Source: the human T2T-CHM13v2.0 reference genome, Homo sapiens. Taken from it: 64,000 nucleotides of DNA. The DNA is taken from the NCBI RefSeq assembly GCF_009914755.1, contig NC_060927.1; one strand, 5' to 3'. The translations under genes were made by a program, and so were the position numbers. The stretch's first letter is position 1. Every line of letters starts with the position of its first letter. Below the pieces are notes generated by a model. The model was not told the DNA's origin and did no database searches. It saw only the letters and a list, made by a program, of their open reading frames with translations. Below are positions 30,000-43,560 of this stretch, in pieces.

Positions 30000-30130
30000 A
30001 ATGGAAAAGTCTTTAAACTTTGCATTCAGAAATCTGAGTTCTGATTCTATTTCTCCCACATATAACCTATGTAACCTTGGGCAAGCCACCTTCCTCCCTA
30101 AGGCTTCACTTTCCCCATCAGTTAAATAAG
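30000..30130 (+). mobile_element. MIR fragment
   Basis: aatctgagttctgattct...tatgtaaccttgggcaagccac...ttccccatcagttaaa. Confidence 0.6.
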
Positions 30131-31131
30131 GATTTGACCCAAATTCTCTGATTCTCTATGCTAAATGCAAACTAAGAAATTCTAACAATTTATTTTCTAA
30201 TCTGAAAAAAAACCTAAATCACCATTTTTAGAAAACATCCTCTATTATTGACTCAATACAATCATGCATCACTTAACAAAGGGGATATGCTCTGAGAAAT
30301 ATGAACATAATATGTACTTACACAAACCTAGATGGGGAAGCCTACTACATACCTAGGATATATGGTACAACCTATTACTCCTAAGCTACAAATCTATACA
30401 GCAAGTTACTATACTGAATACTCTAGGCAATTGTAACACAATGGTAAGAATTTGTGTATATAACATATCTAAATATAAGAAAGGTACAGTAAAAATACAG
30501 CATAAAAGATAAAAAGTGGTACACCTGTATAGAGCACTTACTGTGAATGGAGTTTGCAGGACTGGAAGCTGCTCTGGGTGAGTCAGTGAGTGAGTGAGTG
30601 TTGAGTGAATGTGAAAGCCTAGGACATTACTGTACACTACTGTAGACTTTATAAACACTGTACACTTAGACTACACTAAATTTATTTTCTTAATTTTATA
30701 ATAAACCAATCTTAGCTTTCTATAACTTTTATTTTTTTAATTTTTTGACTCTTTTATATAACACAGCTTAAAACATGAACATATTGTACAGCTATACAAA
30801 AATATCTCATGTCCTCATATCCTTATTCTGTAAGTCATCTTCTATATTTAAATTGTTTATTTTTTTTTATGTTTCAAACTTTTCTTGTTAAAAACTAAGA
30901 CATAAACACACACATTAGCCTAGGCCTACACAGGTTCAGGATTATCACTATCGCTGTCTTCCACCGCCATGTCTTTTCCCACTGAAAGGTCTTCAGGGGC
31001 AATAACACACATGAAGCTGTCATCTCCTATGATAACAATGCCTTTTTCTGGAATACCTCCTAAAGGACCTGCCTAAGGCTGTTGTACACCTAACTTTTTT
31101 TACACGTAGAGGAAGTGCATTCTAAAATAGT

Positions 31132-31390
31132 GGCCAGGCACGGTGATTGATGCCTGTAATCCCAACACTTTGGGATGCTAAAATAGGATGATTGCATGAG
31201 CCCAGGAGCTGGAGATCAGCCTGGCCAACATAGCAAGACCCCATCTCCACAAAAATTAAAAAATTAGCCAGGCAGTAGGATTGCTTGAGCTCAGGAGTTT
31301 GAGGCTGCAGCGAGTCATGATCATGCCACTGCACTCCAGCCTGGGCCACAGAGTGAGACCCTGTCTCAAAAAACAAAAATCAAAACAATA
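31132..31390 (+). mobile_element. AluJ with an internal deletion at the start of the right arm
   Basis: J-type gagcccaggag and gaggctgcagcgag; ttagccaggc joins directly to aggattgcttgag. Confidence 0.85.
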
Positions 31391-31445
31391 AAATAATAAT
31401 AAAAAGTATAGCATAATTAAATACACAAACCAGTAACACAGTCAT

Positions 31446-31805
31446 TGACATGGTTTGGCTGTGTCCCCACCCAAATCTCATCTTGAACTGTAGCTTCCAC
31501 AGTCCCCATTTGTCATGGGAGGGACCTGGTGGGAGGTAATCGAATCATGCAGGTAGATTTTTCCTGTGATGTTCTCATGATAGTGAATAGGTCTCACAAG
31601 ATCTGATGGTGTACAAAGGGCAGTTCCCCTGCACCTCTCTCGTCTTCTGCCATGTAAGACACGCCTTGGCTTCTTCTTCACCATCTGCCATGATTGTGAG
31701 GCCTCCACAGCCATGTGGAACTGTGAGTCCAGTAAACCCCTTTCCTTTATAAATTACCCAGACTCAGGTACGTCTTTATTAGCAGCATGAGAACGGACTA
31801 ATACA
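31446..31805 (+). mobile_element. THE1B-like solo LTR
   Basis: tgacatggtttggctgtgtcccc...ggactaataca; perfect TSD gtcat. Confidence 0.92.
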
Positions 31806-32077
31806 GTCATTTATTTATCAAGTATGATGTACCGTACATAATTGTATGTGCTAGACTTTTATACAACTGCTAGAGCAGCCAGTTTATTTACATCAGCATC
31901 ACCACAAACATATGAGTCACACATGGCACTAAAACATTAGGATGGCTATGACATCACTAGCCAATGGGAATTTTTCAGCTTCATTATAATCTTATAAGAA
32001 CATTGTTGAAAACATCATTGTACGGCACATGACTGTAGTTAGACTGGTCCATGTAGTATATTACTGGCAAAGATTAT

Positions 32078-32485
32078 TGCATTCATTTCTTAGGGTTACT
32101 TTAACAAAGTTCCACAAACTATGTGTCTTACAGAAACAGAAATTTATTTTCTCACAGTTATGGAGGCTAGAAGTCTAAAATCAAGGTGTTAGCAGGCTAT
32201 TCTCCCTCAGACTGTGGAGAGAATCCTCTTTCTAGCTCTAGTGGTGGCCAGCGTTCCTTGGCTTGTAGCTGCATCACTCCGATCTCTTCCTCTATGGTCA
32301 CATAGGGTTCTCCCTGTGTGTCTCTTTTCACATTATCTTCCCTCTTCTTATCAGGATGCCAAACATATTGGATTAGTGGCCTACCCTACCTTGATATGAC
32401 CTCACTTTAATTTAACTAATTACATGTGCAATGATCTTATTTCCAAATAGGTCATATTCTGAGATATTGGGGACATCTCTTTTGG
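32078..32485 (-). mobile_element. MLT1B/C-like solo LTR
   Basis: aaacagaaatttattttctcacagttatggaggctagaagtctaaaatcaaggtgttagcagg. Confidence 0.8.
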
Positions 32486-33138
32486 GGGAACATAATTCAT
32501 AACAGAGATGATGGGGGAAAATACATAGTCAGAGAAACTTGACAGTTTTAAAAAGAGAAGCAAAGGCATTTGCCGAATTGACCATTTACAGGACAGGATG
32601 TGTACAATGAATCACTTCCTATTGAAGAATTTTACTGCTAAAAAATCAAGCAACGAGGAAAGATTTATTCAGTACAGAAATTACAAGACCTGAGGCTGGC
32701 AAAAGTGACTCAGACAAGATCCTGGAACACTGTCAATGAAGGTAGGAGGAGTCCCAGGTAGCTATGCTTCTGTGTAGTGCAGACTCAAATTCAGAACCAG
32801 TGCCTGAGGGTTTGTCCTGTAAAGGTAATAACCATGAAGAAACCACTGAAACTCAGCCTTACCATTCCTTGTCAGGAAAATTATTAAGAAATGTTTGTAT
32901 TTTCCTCTTAAATTTTGATACATGAGAAGGGAATATAAAAGATAAACCTGAAAAATCTTTTTATTGACAGATAGCAGGAAAGCTATCAAAAACTACTGAG
33001 GTCAAGTCGAGAGGACCTAGGAGTCAAGAAGGGCTTGCTGACCAAAGATGGGGAAATTTGTACATGAATAAGAATAATAACTGCAATGGATTAAAACACA
33101 TCAAATTCACTTAAATCCTATGAGTTCCCAATGATACT

Positions 33139-33597
33139 TGTATTAGGGTTCTCCAGAGAAACAGAACTAAAGAGATATATAGAGAAAGAGATTTATTATG
33201 GAGGTTCACATAATTATGAAGGCTCACATAATTATGGAGGCTGAGGAGTCCCACAATCTGCTATCTGCAAGCTGGCGGCCCAGAAAAGCTAGTGGTGTAG
33301 TTCTAGTCCAAACCAGGAGTGCTAATGTTAAGCACAGGAGAAGATCAATGTGCCAGCTCAACTCAAACAGAGGGCAAAATTCACCCTCCTACCACATTTT
33401 CTTTCTATTCAGGCCCTTAATAGATTGAATGGTGCCCACGCACATTGGTAAGCGCAATCTTCTGTACTCAGTCTACCAATTAAAATGCTAATCTCTTCTG
33501 GAAACACCCTCACAGACATACCCAGAAATAATCTTCTACAAGCCCTATGAACATCCCTTAGCCTAGTCTAGTTAACATATAAAATTAACCATCTCAA
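33139..33597 (-). mobile_element. MLT2 (ERVL) solo LTR
   Basis: tgtattagggttctccagagaaacagaac ... ggaaacaccctcacagacatacccagaaataat ... aaaattaaccatctca. Confidence 0.85.
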
Positions 33598-33750
33598 TAA
33601 TGAAGAAAGAAGTGGGGAGTCATTATTGATACTCTTGAGGGATGATAAGAAACCAACTCATTATTCTGAAAACTTGTAAATAAAGGGAAAGAACCAAATA
33701 TTGATCCTGCTTTTACTACACAAACTCCAGCAAATAGTGAATGAGGGAAT

Positions 33751-34175
33751 TGCTATGGCTTGAATGTCCCCTCCAAAACTCATGTTGAAATTTAGTCCCC
33801 AATGTGGCAATACTGAGAGGTGGGGCCTTTAAGAGGTGATTGGATCATGAGGACCTTCATGAATAAATTAATCCATTTCTGGATCATGGAATAAAGGGCA
33901 AATGAATTAATTGGTATGGATTAATGGGCTATTATGTGAGTGGAACTGGTAGCTTTATAAGAAGAGGAGGACAGAACTCAGCCCCCTGTCCATGTGATGC
34001 CCTGTACCATCTCAGGGATCTGCAGAGATTCTACCAGCAAAAAGGCCCTCACCAGATGTGACCCCTTGGTCTTGGACCTCTCAGCCTCCAGGACTGTAAG
34101 AAATAAACTCCTTCTCTTTATAAATTACCTGATTCGAGTCATTCTGTTATAAGCAACAGAAAACAAATGAATATA
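33751..34175 (+). mobile_element. MSTB-like solo LTR
   Basis: tgctatggcttgaatgtcccctccaaaactcatgttgaaattt ... ctgttataagcaacagaaaac. Confidence 0.85.
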
Positions 34176-34209
34176 GAAAGTTTCTCTTTACAGAAATATT
34201 CCAGCCAAA

Positions 34210-34443
34210 TGAGGATGCAAAGGTATAAGAATGATACAACGGACTTTGGGGACACGGGGGGGAGGGGGTAAAGGATAGAAGGGGGTGAGAGATAAAAGAC
34301 TGCAAATTTGGTACAGTGTATACTGCTTGGGTGATGGGTGCACCAAAATCTCAGAAATCACCACTAAAGGACTCACTCATGTAACCAAACAGCACCTGTT
34401 CCCCAAAAACCTATAGAAAAAAATAAAAATAAAAAATAAAAAA
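34210..34443 (+). mobile_element. L1PB1-like 3' end
   Basis: gaggatgcaaaggtataagaatgatacaacggactttgggg ... ttccccaaaaacctat followed by an A tail. Confidence 0.85.
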
Positions 34444-37400
34444 GTATTCTAGACAGTAAATTTGTAAAAATGATAGAATTAGAATATTACTATTCTACAA
34501 TCCCTAATGAACTAAAGGGTCTAGGCACTGATTGCCATCAATTGTTGCCCTTTTCAGAAAGAGAGTGAGAGGAAGAACCAGATATTCTGTGTCTGAGTCT
34601 TCTTATGGAAGATGAATGACCACAGTCCAATCTGTGAGGCAGTCTCACCAAAGTAATCTAACTTGAATCTGATAAAGCCTCTAGAGGTAACTACCAATTT
34701 GCAGAAAATACCAAGGACAGAGGAACATAGTGAACTACTGAACTACGTCACAGAAATTCAGCAAGAATAATCAGATTTGGAAAACTCTAGAGGACAAACA
34801 AAAACTAGCAAGAAAAAAGGGACGCAGAGGGGAACCTATAGATTAAAAGACTTTAAAAATGTGTCAACCAATTAGCAGTGAGGATCTTGCTGGGATCCTG
34901 ATTTTGAGGGGGAAATAAAGAAAAATGTATCCATGACATTCATAAGACAATTGGGAATTTTAATATTATTAGTATAATTTATGATATTAAGAAACTACTG
35001 TTAGATTTTTAAGAGTGGCAACAGTATTGGGCTTATGTATTTCTAATAAGAATCCTTATCTTTTACAGATACATATTAAAGTATTCACAAATTAAATGAC
35101 ATGATGTCTGGGATTTCATTCAATAACATGGACTGAGAGGGGAATGGATGGCACAGAAGCTGCCATAGGTTGGTTGTGGATGAGTGCATGGGGTTTATTC
35201 AAGAATCGTTCTTCTGTAGTTTGCTTTTGTTATTTTAAATGTGGAATAAGAAAAACACTAAGAACTGAATTTAATTTTTCTTGGAGATGTAGGAAAAGTT
35301 GGTGAACAGCCAAACAATTGTCAGGTTTGTGTCATAACCAGCTGTGGGATCCTGGGTAAGTCATACAGTAACAGATCCTCTTGACAAAATGTGGCGGTTG
35401 AATTAGATAGATTATCTCATATTCCTCTAAACTGAATTTCACTATCAAACTGTAAACTTTCTGAGTGCAAGATCTGTTTTATTCATCTTTGCATTCCTGA
35501 AAGATACATACAGTGCTTCATGTATCATAGACATTCATCACATTCATGCTGAATTGGGTCGAATTTCTCCCTAATGTATTATGTTATGCAGATAAAGTAA
35601 TTACTTAAGCCACTTGAATCAAGGGTCTTTTCAGAATTCTCTTTCCAGTGTGACCTCTAATCTTGTAAAGCAGATACTTTTTCCCAGGGACCTTTGACAC
35701 CCCTCAAATGTAATCATAAATGAAGCCATTTACTCAATCTACTTATAAAATCTGCCCTGCACAGTTAATATACTGTTATCTAGTAAGGTCTGGAAATGAG
35801 CTTTCTATTTTAGTTAATAGAGAATCTCAGCCTACATTAAGTATAGATTAATATTTTCCAAATTAGAATTTGATTTTTAAAATATGCTACATGAAAATTA
35901 TGCCAGAAAATCCAGGCATGGGGAGAGCTAATACAGGGAGGCCAAGTAAGCCAGGCTCAGCCCCTCCAATACTACAATCCACACAGGCAGCAAACACATC
36001 TGCTTTTTCTGTTTAATATGGTGGTTTCATGTATGATTTCATTTTTTAAAGGTTTCCACTCACTTTTTAAAATTAGAAACCAATTGCTTAAAAGGGATTT
36101 AGTAATCTCACGATGCCTCAGGGCATCCTTATTATAAATTTTCTTGTCCTGTAACCTCACAGAAGTATCAGGTAATGAAACAATAGAGTAACTGGCATGT
36201 TAGAGAACAGAACATTTGTTGAAAATATTCTGCACACAATGCAACGCTTTTTTTGGCAATTAAAAAGCATACTTATTTTTACCTTCTTCCATAGATGTCA
36301 CTGTTTATCCCAGGTCATTTCTGCTACTCTCCTGTCTTCTTAATTAACACCAATGTAGAAATAATGTTCACAGTACCTTGTAGGTACTGAACATGGAAAG
36401 GTCCCTGTCACAAACCAAACTCTGTTAAAGAGTAATACCACAGTGAAAAAATCTCAGAGCAGAGTACTCTCTGTAGAGTATTCAAAGCCACTTCACTTTT
36501 GCCAGAAATATACCCCCAAAAGACTATGGAAACTCAAGATCTACAAGTATCAAAGAATATTTTTTTCAATTTATGTTATTCAAATAGGACCTCTAACTCT
36601 AGAGAACTAACTGCAAACTTTAAGATGTAAAAAGACTACTTTTTTGTGTATGAAAACAGGTCCAATAGCTTCTCACTGGAGAGAAGGAAAATGTCAGCGC
36701 ACTAAAGCAGAAAATGAGAGATGATCCTAAAATTGGGAAGAGATGACAGTGAAATATGAAAGGAGGCAGAAGAGGTCTAATAAATCAGATCAGCTGCATC
36801 TTAATTACCAAGATTCCAAAATAAATCTACACACATATTTCTGAACACATCCCCCGCAGAATTTTATCTCTGTTCTCCTTTAATTTAACTCGATTGTGCA
36901 TTATTGTCAGAACATATCAATCTCATCTGATAAATTATATTTTAACTAAGTCATTACACACTGTTGAAGAAGATTTGCCATTCTGCTTTAGCCACATTTA
37001 AATAAGTGACTTAATACACTATAAAGACTTCAGATCATAATCTAAGCAAATAATCCTTACCCAAACAAGAAGAGAGCATCATCACTGAGCCACGGTGTGT
37101 GTATGTCAAATACCTTGACAGAATAGCAATGGCCTGTTAATCAGAGCACACGTTAAATGGCCCCACCACCTGCTTTACATCAACATTAATATTCTTATTA
37201 GTTATTTAAAGAGACAAGCAATGTCACTATCATCCTACACCAACCTGAGCTTTCAGAATGAAAGACATTGGGTCAGTTATCATCTATTTCAATATAGTAT
37301 TAACAGTTTGAGATTTTAGCAACTTGAAGCCTGAATCTAAAACCTAAGTACCAAAATAAATCACAGTCTCCCAGAATTAAAATATTCAATTCTGTTTTTA

Positions 37401-37569
37401 AAAATTTAACTCCTGAGTATTTTCTTTGATTCCTCAGTACACATGTCATAGCAGAAATTACACTGTACTAAAATCTATTGACAGTCAGCATTTAGTGATT
37501 GAGTACCCACTATGAACAAGGCTCTGGGTCTCAACAGCCATTGAGAAACACTGCCTTAGACATCATATT

Positions 37570-37710
37570 GCTTAAGGTATAATAAGCCCTGGGTTCTAGT
37601 CTTAGATTTACCACTCAACTTGAAGATAGTTACGTGATCTTGGACAAGTCACTTAATTTCTCAGTCTCTTTAGTCTCATCTGTAAAACATAGAAGTTGGA
37701 CTAGATTCTG
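37570..37710 (+). mobile_element. MIR fragment
   Basis: ctgggttctagtct...gtgatcttggacaagtcacttaatttctc...ctcatctgtaaaa. Confidence 0.7.
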
Positions 37711-39272
37711 TCCAGTAGGAAAATGCTATGAATATTTATGCTGCTGTCACTAATCGGTTATACATCAAAGGAAGCAGATGAAAGTACTCATTACACAAAC
37801 ATCTAAACTGGATAGTATAACGTTGACTGACTTGTGCTTAACTATGAACGTACAGGTCAATTATATCTTCAAAGTTTCACCTGAGATAAGATTTTGAGTC
37901 CTTGAGAGACTGTAGGGAAAGGCATCACAGGTAACACAGATACTTATTAATAACATTTAAGAGCTTTCTTTCATAAGGTAAGAAGCTACCATAGAGGAAA
38001 CAAATAATTTATAATTGTTAAAGCGTAATTCATGTGTTTAGCTATGAACCTGAGCGTAAATGTCCTTTCATCCATATAAATTATTCCAGTCGGGTATCTG
38101 TGGGGCTACTGATTCATCAAAAGGTCAAATGAGTTTAAACTTGCAAAAGAAGAATATAGATTGATTCCCTTTTTATTTCTTTGATTTTCAAATTATTATT
38201 TATACTTACTTAGCATTATGTAATTACTAGGACTGAGAATTCAGAATTAGGAGCTATAATGTGAAGTCTAAAGTTTCTGGATCTGATTAAAATCAAAGAT
38301 CTTCTAATGCGGAGGAAATTCAAGTTTAAGTCCCTCACTCTAGAGGTCATAGACAGATACACACAAATTTACATATACATACAAATATAGCCCAAGAAAT
38401 TGACTGATTTTCTCAATATCTCACAGCTAAGAGTGACAGTAAGACCTTGAATCCAGGGCTTCTTCTGGCTCCGAGCCTGGTGCTCTTTCCACTATAGTGC
38501 ATGATTGTCCTCAATCTATGCAGATGACAAAACCATCTCCAGAATTCTTTCTGGGTCTAAATTCCTAGGCCCCTGGGAGAGGGTTAAAATCCAGATGGCT
38601 CACTATCCTACTGAAGACAATTAGATCTTCTATTTTCTGGGTGAAACTGAGAAGAGTGCTCTATGGATCGGCGTTCTGAGTTGTGAGTAACAAAAAGACT
38701 GGCTCATTTAAGAAGGAAAGTATTTTCTAAAGGATTTCTGGGTAGTTTTCAGAATCACCAAAATACGGAGATACAGGCTAAGAAAATAGACAGGAATAAG
38801 AGAGACTAGGCAGCAGCCAGGACAGGAGCAAAAATTAGGTCACAGACTAGATTGGTGGGCTCACCTCCCCTGCAGCTGTTGCACTCTGGACCCTGGACCC
38901 TAACTGCAAGCCAGGTTAAGGAACATGTATCTGGTATTTTCAGCTTCTACCATGAAAGTCAGGTTCAGCCATGGGACTTCCCAAAATAAAGGAAGGGGTC
39001 CAGACCCAGGGAAGCTAGCTAGCTAAAAAAAAAAAAGCTAGATTAGATAGATGGGTGATAGAAATAGACTCTTTTCCACAACAAATAATATATTTGAGAA
39101 ACTTAAAGAATAGATTCATGTCTACATAAATTAATCCCCCTTTAAAAGTGGCTGAAAACTTATTGCTATACAATATCTCAACTAATATCAAGAATGTATC
39201 AATAATAGTGTGAAAGCTCATTTTAACATGATATACATAATACATCTAGGAGGATTCACATAAAAATGTTTA

Positions 39273-39587
<315 letters not shown>

Positions 39588-39635
39588 TTAGCTTTGGGTG
39601 GTGGAAAATTAGTGATTTTCTTTTTTATTTATAAT

Positions 39636-39757
39636 TAGCTAAGTTGAGTGCTGTGGTCCCAGCTACTTGGGAGGCTGAGGTGGGAAGATTACTTGAGGGC
39701 AGGAGTTCAAGTCCAGCCTGGGCAATATAATGAGACCCATCTCTGAGGGAAAAAAAT
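39636..39757 (+). mobile_element. Free Alu monomer (FLAM_A/FRAM-like)
   Basis: tgtggtcccagctacttgggaggctgagg...gagttcaagtccagcctgggcaatataatgagaccc followed by an A tail. Confidence 0.8.
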
Positions 39758-39950
39758 TCATACTTAGCTAAAGCTTCTAAATTTTTCTGCAATTTATATG
39801 CATTACACACATAATATTTACCAAAATAATAATGGAGTGAGGATCTTTCTAATTCTGCTCGTAATTTTATATGATGCCAGAAATTTTAACAACATGTGAT
39901 GCCTTCTAAGAAAGTACATATGGCTTTTTATGCCATTCACCAAAAACATC

Positions 39951-40217
39951 TTTTTATTTTATTTTATTTTATTTTTCCTTAAGTTATCAGCGCACAGGTG
40001 GTATTTGGTTAACATGAGTAAGTTCTTTAGTGATGATTTGTGAGATTTTGGTGCACCCATCACTGGAGCAGTATACACTGCACCATATTTCTCAGTGAGA
40101 AAATATGTTGTTTGGTTTTCCATGCCTGAGTTACATCAATTAAAATAATAATCTCCAGTCTCATCCAGTTCACTGCAAATGCTGTTAATTCATTCCTTTT
40201 TATGGCTGCGTAGTATT

Positions 40218-40271
<54 letters not shown>

Positions 40272-40419
40272 TCATTATATGTATATATATGCATATAATA
40301 TATATATACATATCATTATATGTATATATACACATATAATATATATATACACATATCATTATATGTATATATATACACATATAATATATATATATATTAC
40401 ATTGCCCAGGCTGGACTTG

Positions 40420-40452
<33 letters not shown>

Positions 40453-41785
40453 TATATATATATGTATCACAGTTTCTTTATCCACTCATTGATTGATGGG
40501 CGTCTGGGTTGGTTCCACAATTTTGCAATTGTGAATTGTGCTGCTATAAACATGCGTGTGCAAGTATCTTTTTCAAATAATGACTTCTGTTCCTCTGGGT
40601 AGATACCCAGTAGTGGGATTGCTGGATCAAATGGTAGTTCTACTTTTAGTTCTTTAAGAAATCTCCACAATATTTTCCATAGTGGTTGTACTAGTTTACA
40701 TTCCCACCAGCTGTGTAGAAGTGTGTTCCCTGTTCACCGCATCCACACCAAAATCTACTGTTTTTTGATATTTTTATTATGACCATTCTTGCAGGAGTAA
40801 GGTGGTACCACATTGTGGTTTTGATTTGTGTTTCCCTGATCATTAGTGATGCTGTGCATTTTTTCATATGTTTGTTGGCCATTTGTATATCTTCTTTTGA
40901 GAATTGTCTATTCATGGCCTTAGCCCACTTTTTGATGGGATTGTTTGTTTTTGTCTTACTGATTTGTCTGAGTTCATTGTAGGTTCTGGATATTAGTCCT
41001 TTGTCAGATGTATAGATTTTGAAGATTTTCTCCCTCTCTGTGGGTTGTCTGTTTACTCTGCTGACTGTTCCTTTTGCCATGCAAAAGCTCTTTAGTTTAA
41101 TTAGGTCCCAGCTATTTATCTTTCTTTTTGTTGCATTTGCTTCTGGGTTCTTGGTCATGAAATCCTTGCCTAAGCCAACGTCTAGAAGAGTTTTTCCAAT
41201 GTTATCGTCTAGAATTTTTATATTTTCAGGTCTTAGATTTAAGTCTTTTATCCATCTTGAGTTGATTTTTGTCTAAGGTGAGAGATGAGGATCCAGTTTC
41301 ATTCTTCTATACATGGCTAGCCAATTATCCCAGCACCATTTGTTGAAAAGGGTGTCCTTTCCCCACTTTATGTTTTTGTTTGCTTTGTTGAAAAGGGTAT
41401 CCTTTCCCCACTTTACGTTTTTGTTTGCTTTGTTGAAGATTAGTTGGCTGTAAGTATTTGGGTGTATTTCTGGGTTCTCTGCTCTGTTCCATTGGTCTAT
41501 GTGACTATTTTTATACCAGTGCCATGCTGTTTTGGTGACTATGGCCTTATAGTATAGGTTGAAATCATGTAGTGTGATGCCTCCAGATTTGTTCTTTTTG
41601 TTTAGTCTTGCTTTGGCTATGCAGGCTCTTTTTTCTTTCCATATAAATTTTAGAATTTTTTTTCTAATTCTGTGAAGAATGATGATAGTATTCTGATGGG
41701 GGTTGCATTGAATTTGCACATTGCTTTTGGCAGTATGGTCATTTTCACAATATTGATTCTACCCATCCATGAGCATGGGATGTGA
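39951..41785 (-). mobile_element. 5'-truncated L1PB1-like element
   Basis: Reverse L1PB 3'UTR (gttctttagtgatgatttgtgagattttggtgcaccc) and ORF2 C-terminal peptides ([21 protein letters not shown]). Confidence 0.9.
40222..40465. repeat. Compound (TA)n/(CA)n microsatellite with ~40-bp higher-order units
   Basis: A pure (TA)n run, then three copies of catatcattatatgtatatata.. and (CA)n tracts. Confidence 0.95.
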
Positions 41786-42919
41786 AGAACTCCCTTTTAA
41801 ATGCTAATTTTATTCATGCAGTTGTTTTATGAATATAAAGATTTCAATTTTTCATGTGCAATACCCTTAAAGAGTGAAATCCTTTGAATTATTTTTTCAA
41901 AAACAGGCAGCACAGTTCTGATACAGAGGGAGTTTAGCATCTCAAAACACCTTATATTTTCCTTTTTACCAATTCATACATTTCCATTCCTGACGAGATT
42001 TATTGCTGTCAATTGCGGTTGCCTATAGCTTTCCACTGCTTTTGTTCCTGGAGGGTTAATTTCTAACACTTGGATTTCTTGGCATGCTTTCCTTTCTTTT
42101 TTTCCCCAAATACCCAAGCCCTATAACCCTTAATTTTGCTAGTTGATTTTGTGCCCAGTCACTATTTATAGATGGAGATAATCCCAGATTCGGACAGCTG
42201 GTCTGGCCATAGTTCTGAGATCTGTGATCCCATTTAGTTTCACCACACATGACCCTAGGCCACAAACATGTTGAGGTCATGTATATAAACAAATAAGTTT
42301 AACAAAAAGGAAACACGTGCAAAAATGTGGATCCTATACTATAGAGTTTGCATACCATGCTTTAAGGGAAAGGGAACTTACAATACAGCTAAGAATACCT
42401 AAGAATACATCTTTTTATGCAGGAATGAAGCTTCCCCTCTATGCAGATAGGCTCCTAGCATCCTGTGAGCAGACCACGCTCATTTCCTGTTGTATCCTTC
42501 ACCTACAGCATTTTCCTTGAACCTCTCCACGAGCTTAAGTATACATGTTTCTCAAAAAAAACAGTCTAAATTCTGCCTTTTCCCTGAGGGATGTACAGAT
42601 GTGTGACTAAAAATGAAAAAGAAGACTACAAATCTTAAAAACAGTCATAAATAATTATCATAGATAACCATTGCTACCAAGTACCAGACTTACTCCTCCA
42701 AACAACCATATAAGCATGGATTGAGGATACCTGCTGTGTTATAGGTATCATTACCATTAAGGTAAACATCATATAATCTCAGCCCTCAGAGAATTTGTTC
42801 AGTCTGATAGAATCAAAGATAAGCAAAAATAATTAACACAGGGCCTAAGTGTAGAGATAAAGGGAAAGTTTGCCTAGAGAACAAAAGTTTTTTACAGACT
42901 GGATTCAGGAGAAGGCTCC

Positions 42920-43040
42920 TTCAAGGAAGCCCATTCTACAGATAAGAAAACTGAGGTTCACAGAGGTTAAATGTTTATGAACACAAACTAATAAGTTGTG
43001 GAGCCAGAAATCAGAAATAGGTCTCTTAGCCCAACATTCC
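42920..43040 (-). mobile_element. MIR fragment
   Basis: cccattctacagataagaaaactgaggttcacagaggttaa. Confidence 0.75.
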
Positions 43041-43097
43041 CACAGGCTTTCACTTATGGGAAGTTGACCTAATTATCAACCTAATTAACACACCAAA

Positions 43098-43560
43098 TGT
43101 GTTAATTTCCTAAGGCTGCAGAACAAGTTACCACAAATTTGGTGGCTTATAGCAACAGAAATGAATTCTCTCACAGTTGTGAGGACCAGAAGTCTGAAAT
43201 CACAGTGTCAGCAGAGTTGGTTTCTTCTGGAGGTTTAGAGGGAGAATCTGTCCCACGCCTCTCTCCTAGCTTCTTGTGGGTGCCAGCAATTCTTGATGGT
43301 GATGCATCATTCCAGTCTCTGCTTCCATCTTCACATGGCCTTCAACTCCATGTTTATCCTCTTTGTGTGTCTTGAATCTCTCTTTCCGTTCTCCTATGAG
43401 GACAACAGTCATTGGATTTAGGGTGATTTAGAATGAACTTATCTCAAAAATCTTAATTACAACTGCAAAGACTCTATTTCCAAATAAGGTAACATTCACT
43501 GGTACCAGGGGTTAGGACCTGAACTTATCTTTGCAGGGGACAATATTCAACCCAGTATAC
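43098..43560 (-). mobile_element. MLT1B/C/D-like solo LTR
   Basis: tgtgttaatttcctaaggctgc...ttaccacaaatttggtggctt...tatttccaaataaggtaacattc...attcaacccagtata. Confidence 0.82.

Larger units (their letters stand above)
30259..32035 (+). mobile_element. Tigger3b-like non-autonomous DNA transposon, split by an AluJ and a THE1
   Basis: Terminal inverted repeats caatcatgc... and ...gcacatgactg flanked by TA on both sides; internal acacaaacctagatgg...cctaggctaca motifs. Confidence 0.88.
33040..35250 (+). mobile_element. L1MC-like 3' region split by MLT2, MST and L1PB insertions
   Basis: aataataactgcaatggattaaaacacatcaaat; gaggggaacctatagattaaaagac; atgatgtctgggattt. Confidence 0.6.

Noticed and set aside
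36051-36170. Possible + strand exon (ttttttaaag|...cag|gtaatg)
   Set aside because: Stops in all three frames and only moderate splice signals; no other support.
40060-40602. Tyr/Ile-rich ORFs
   Set aside because: Translations of the TA/CA microsatellite.
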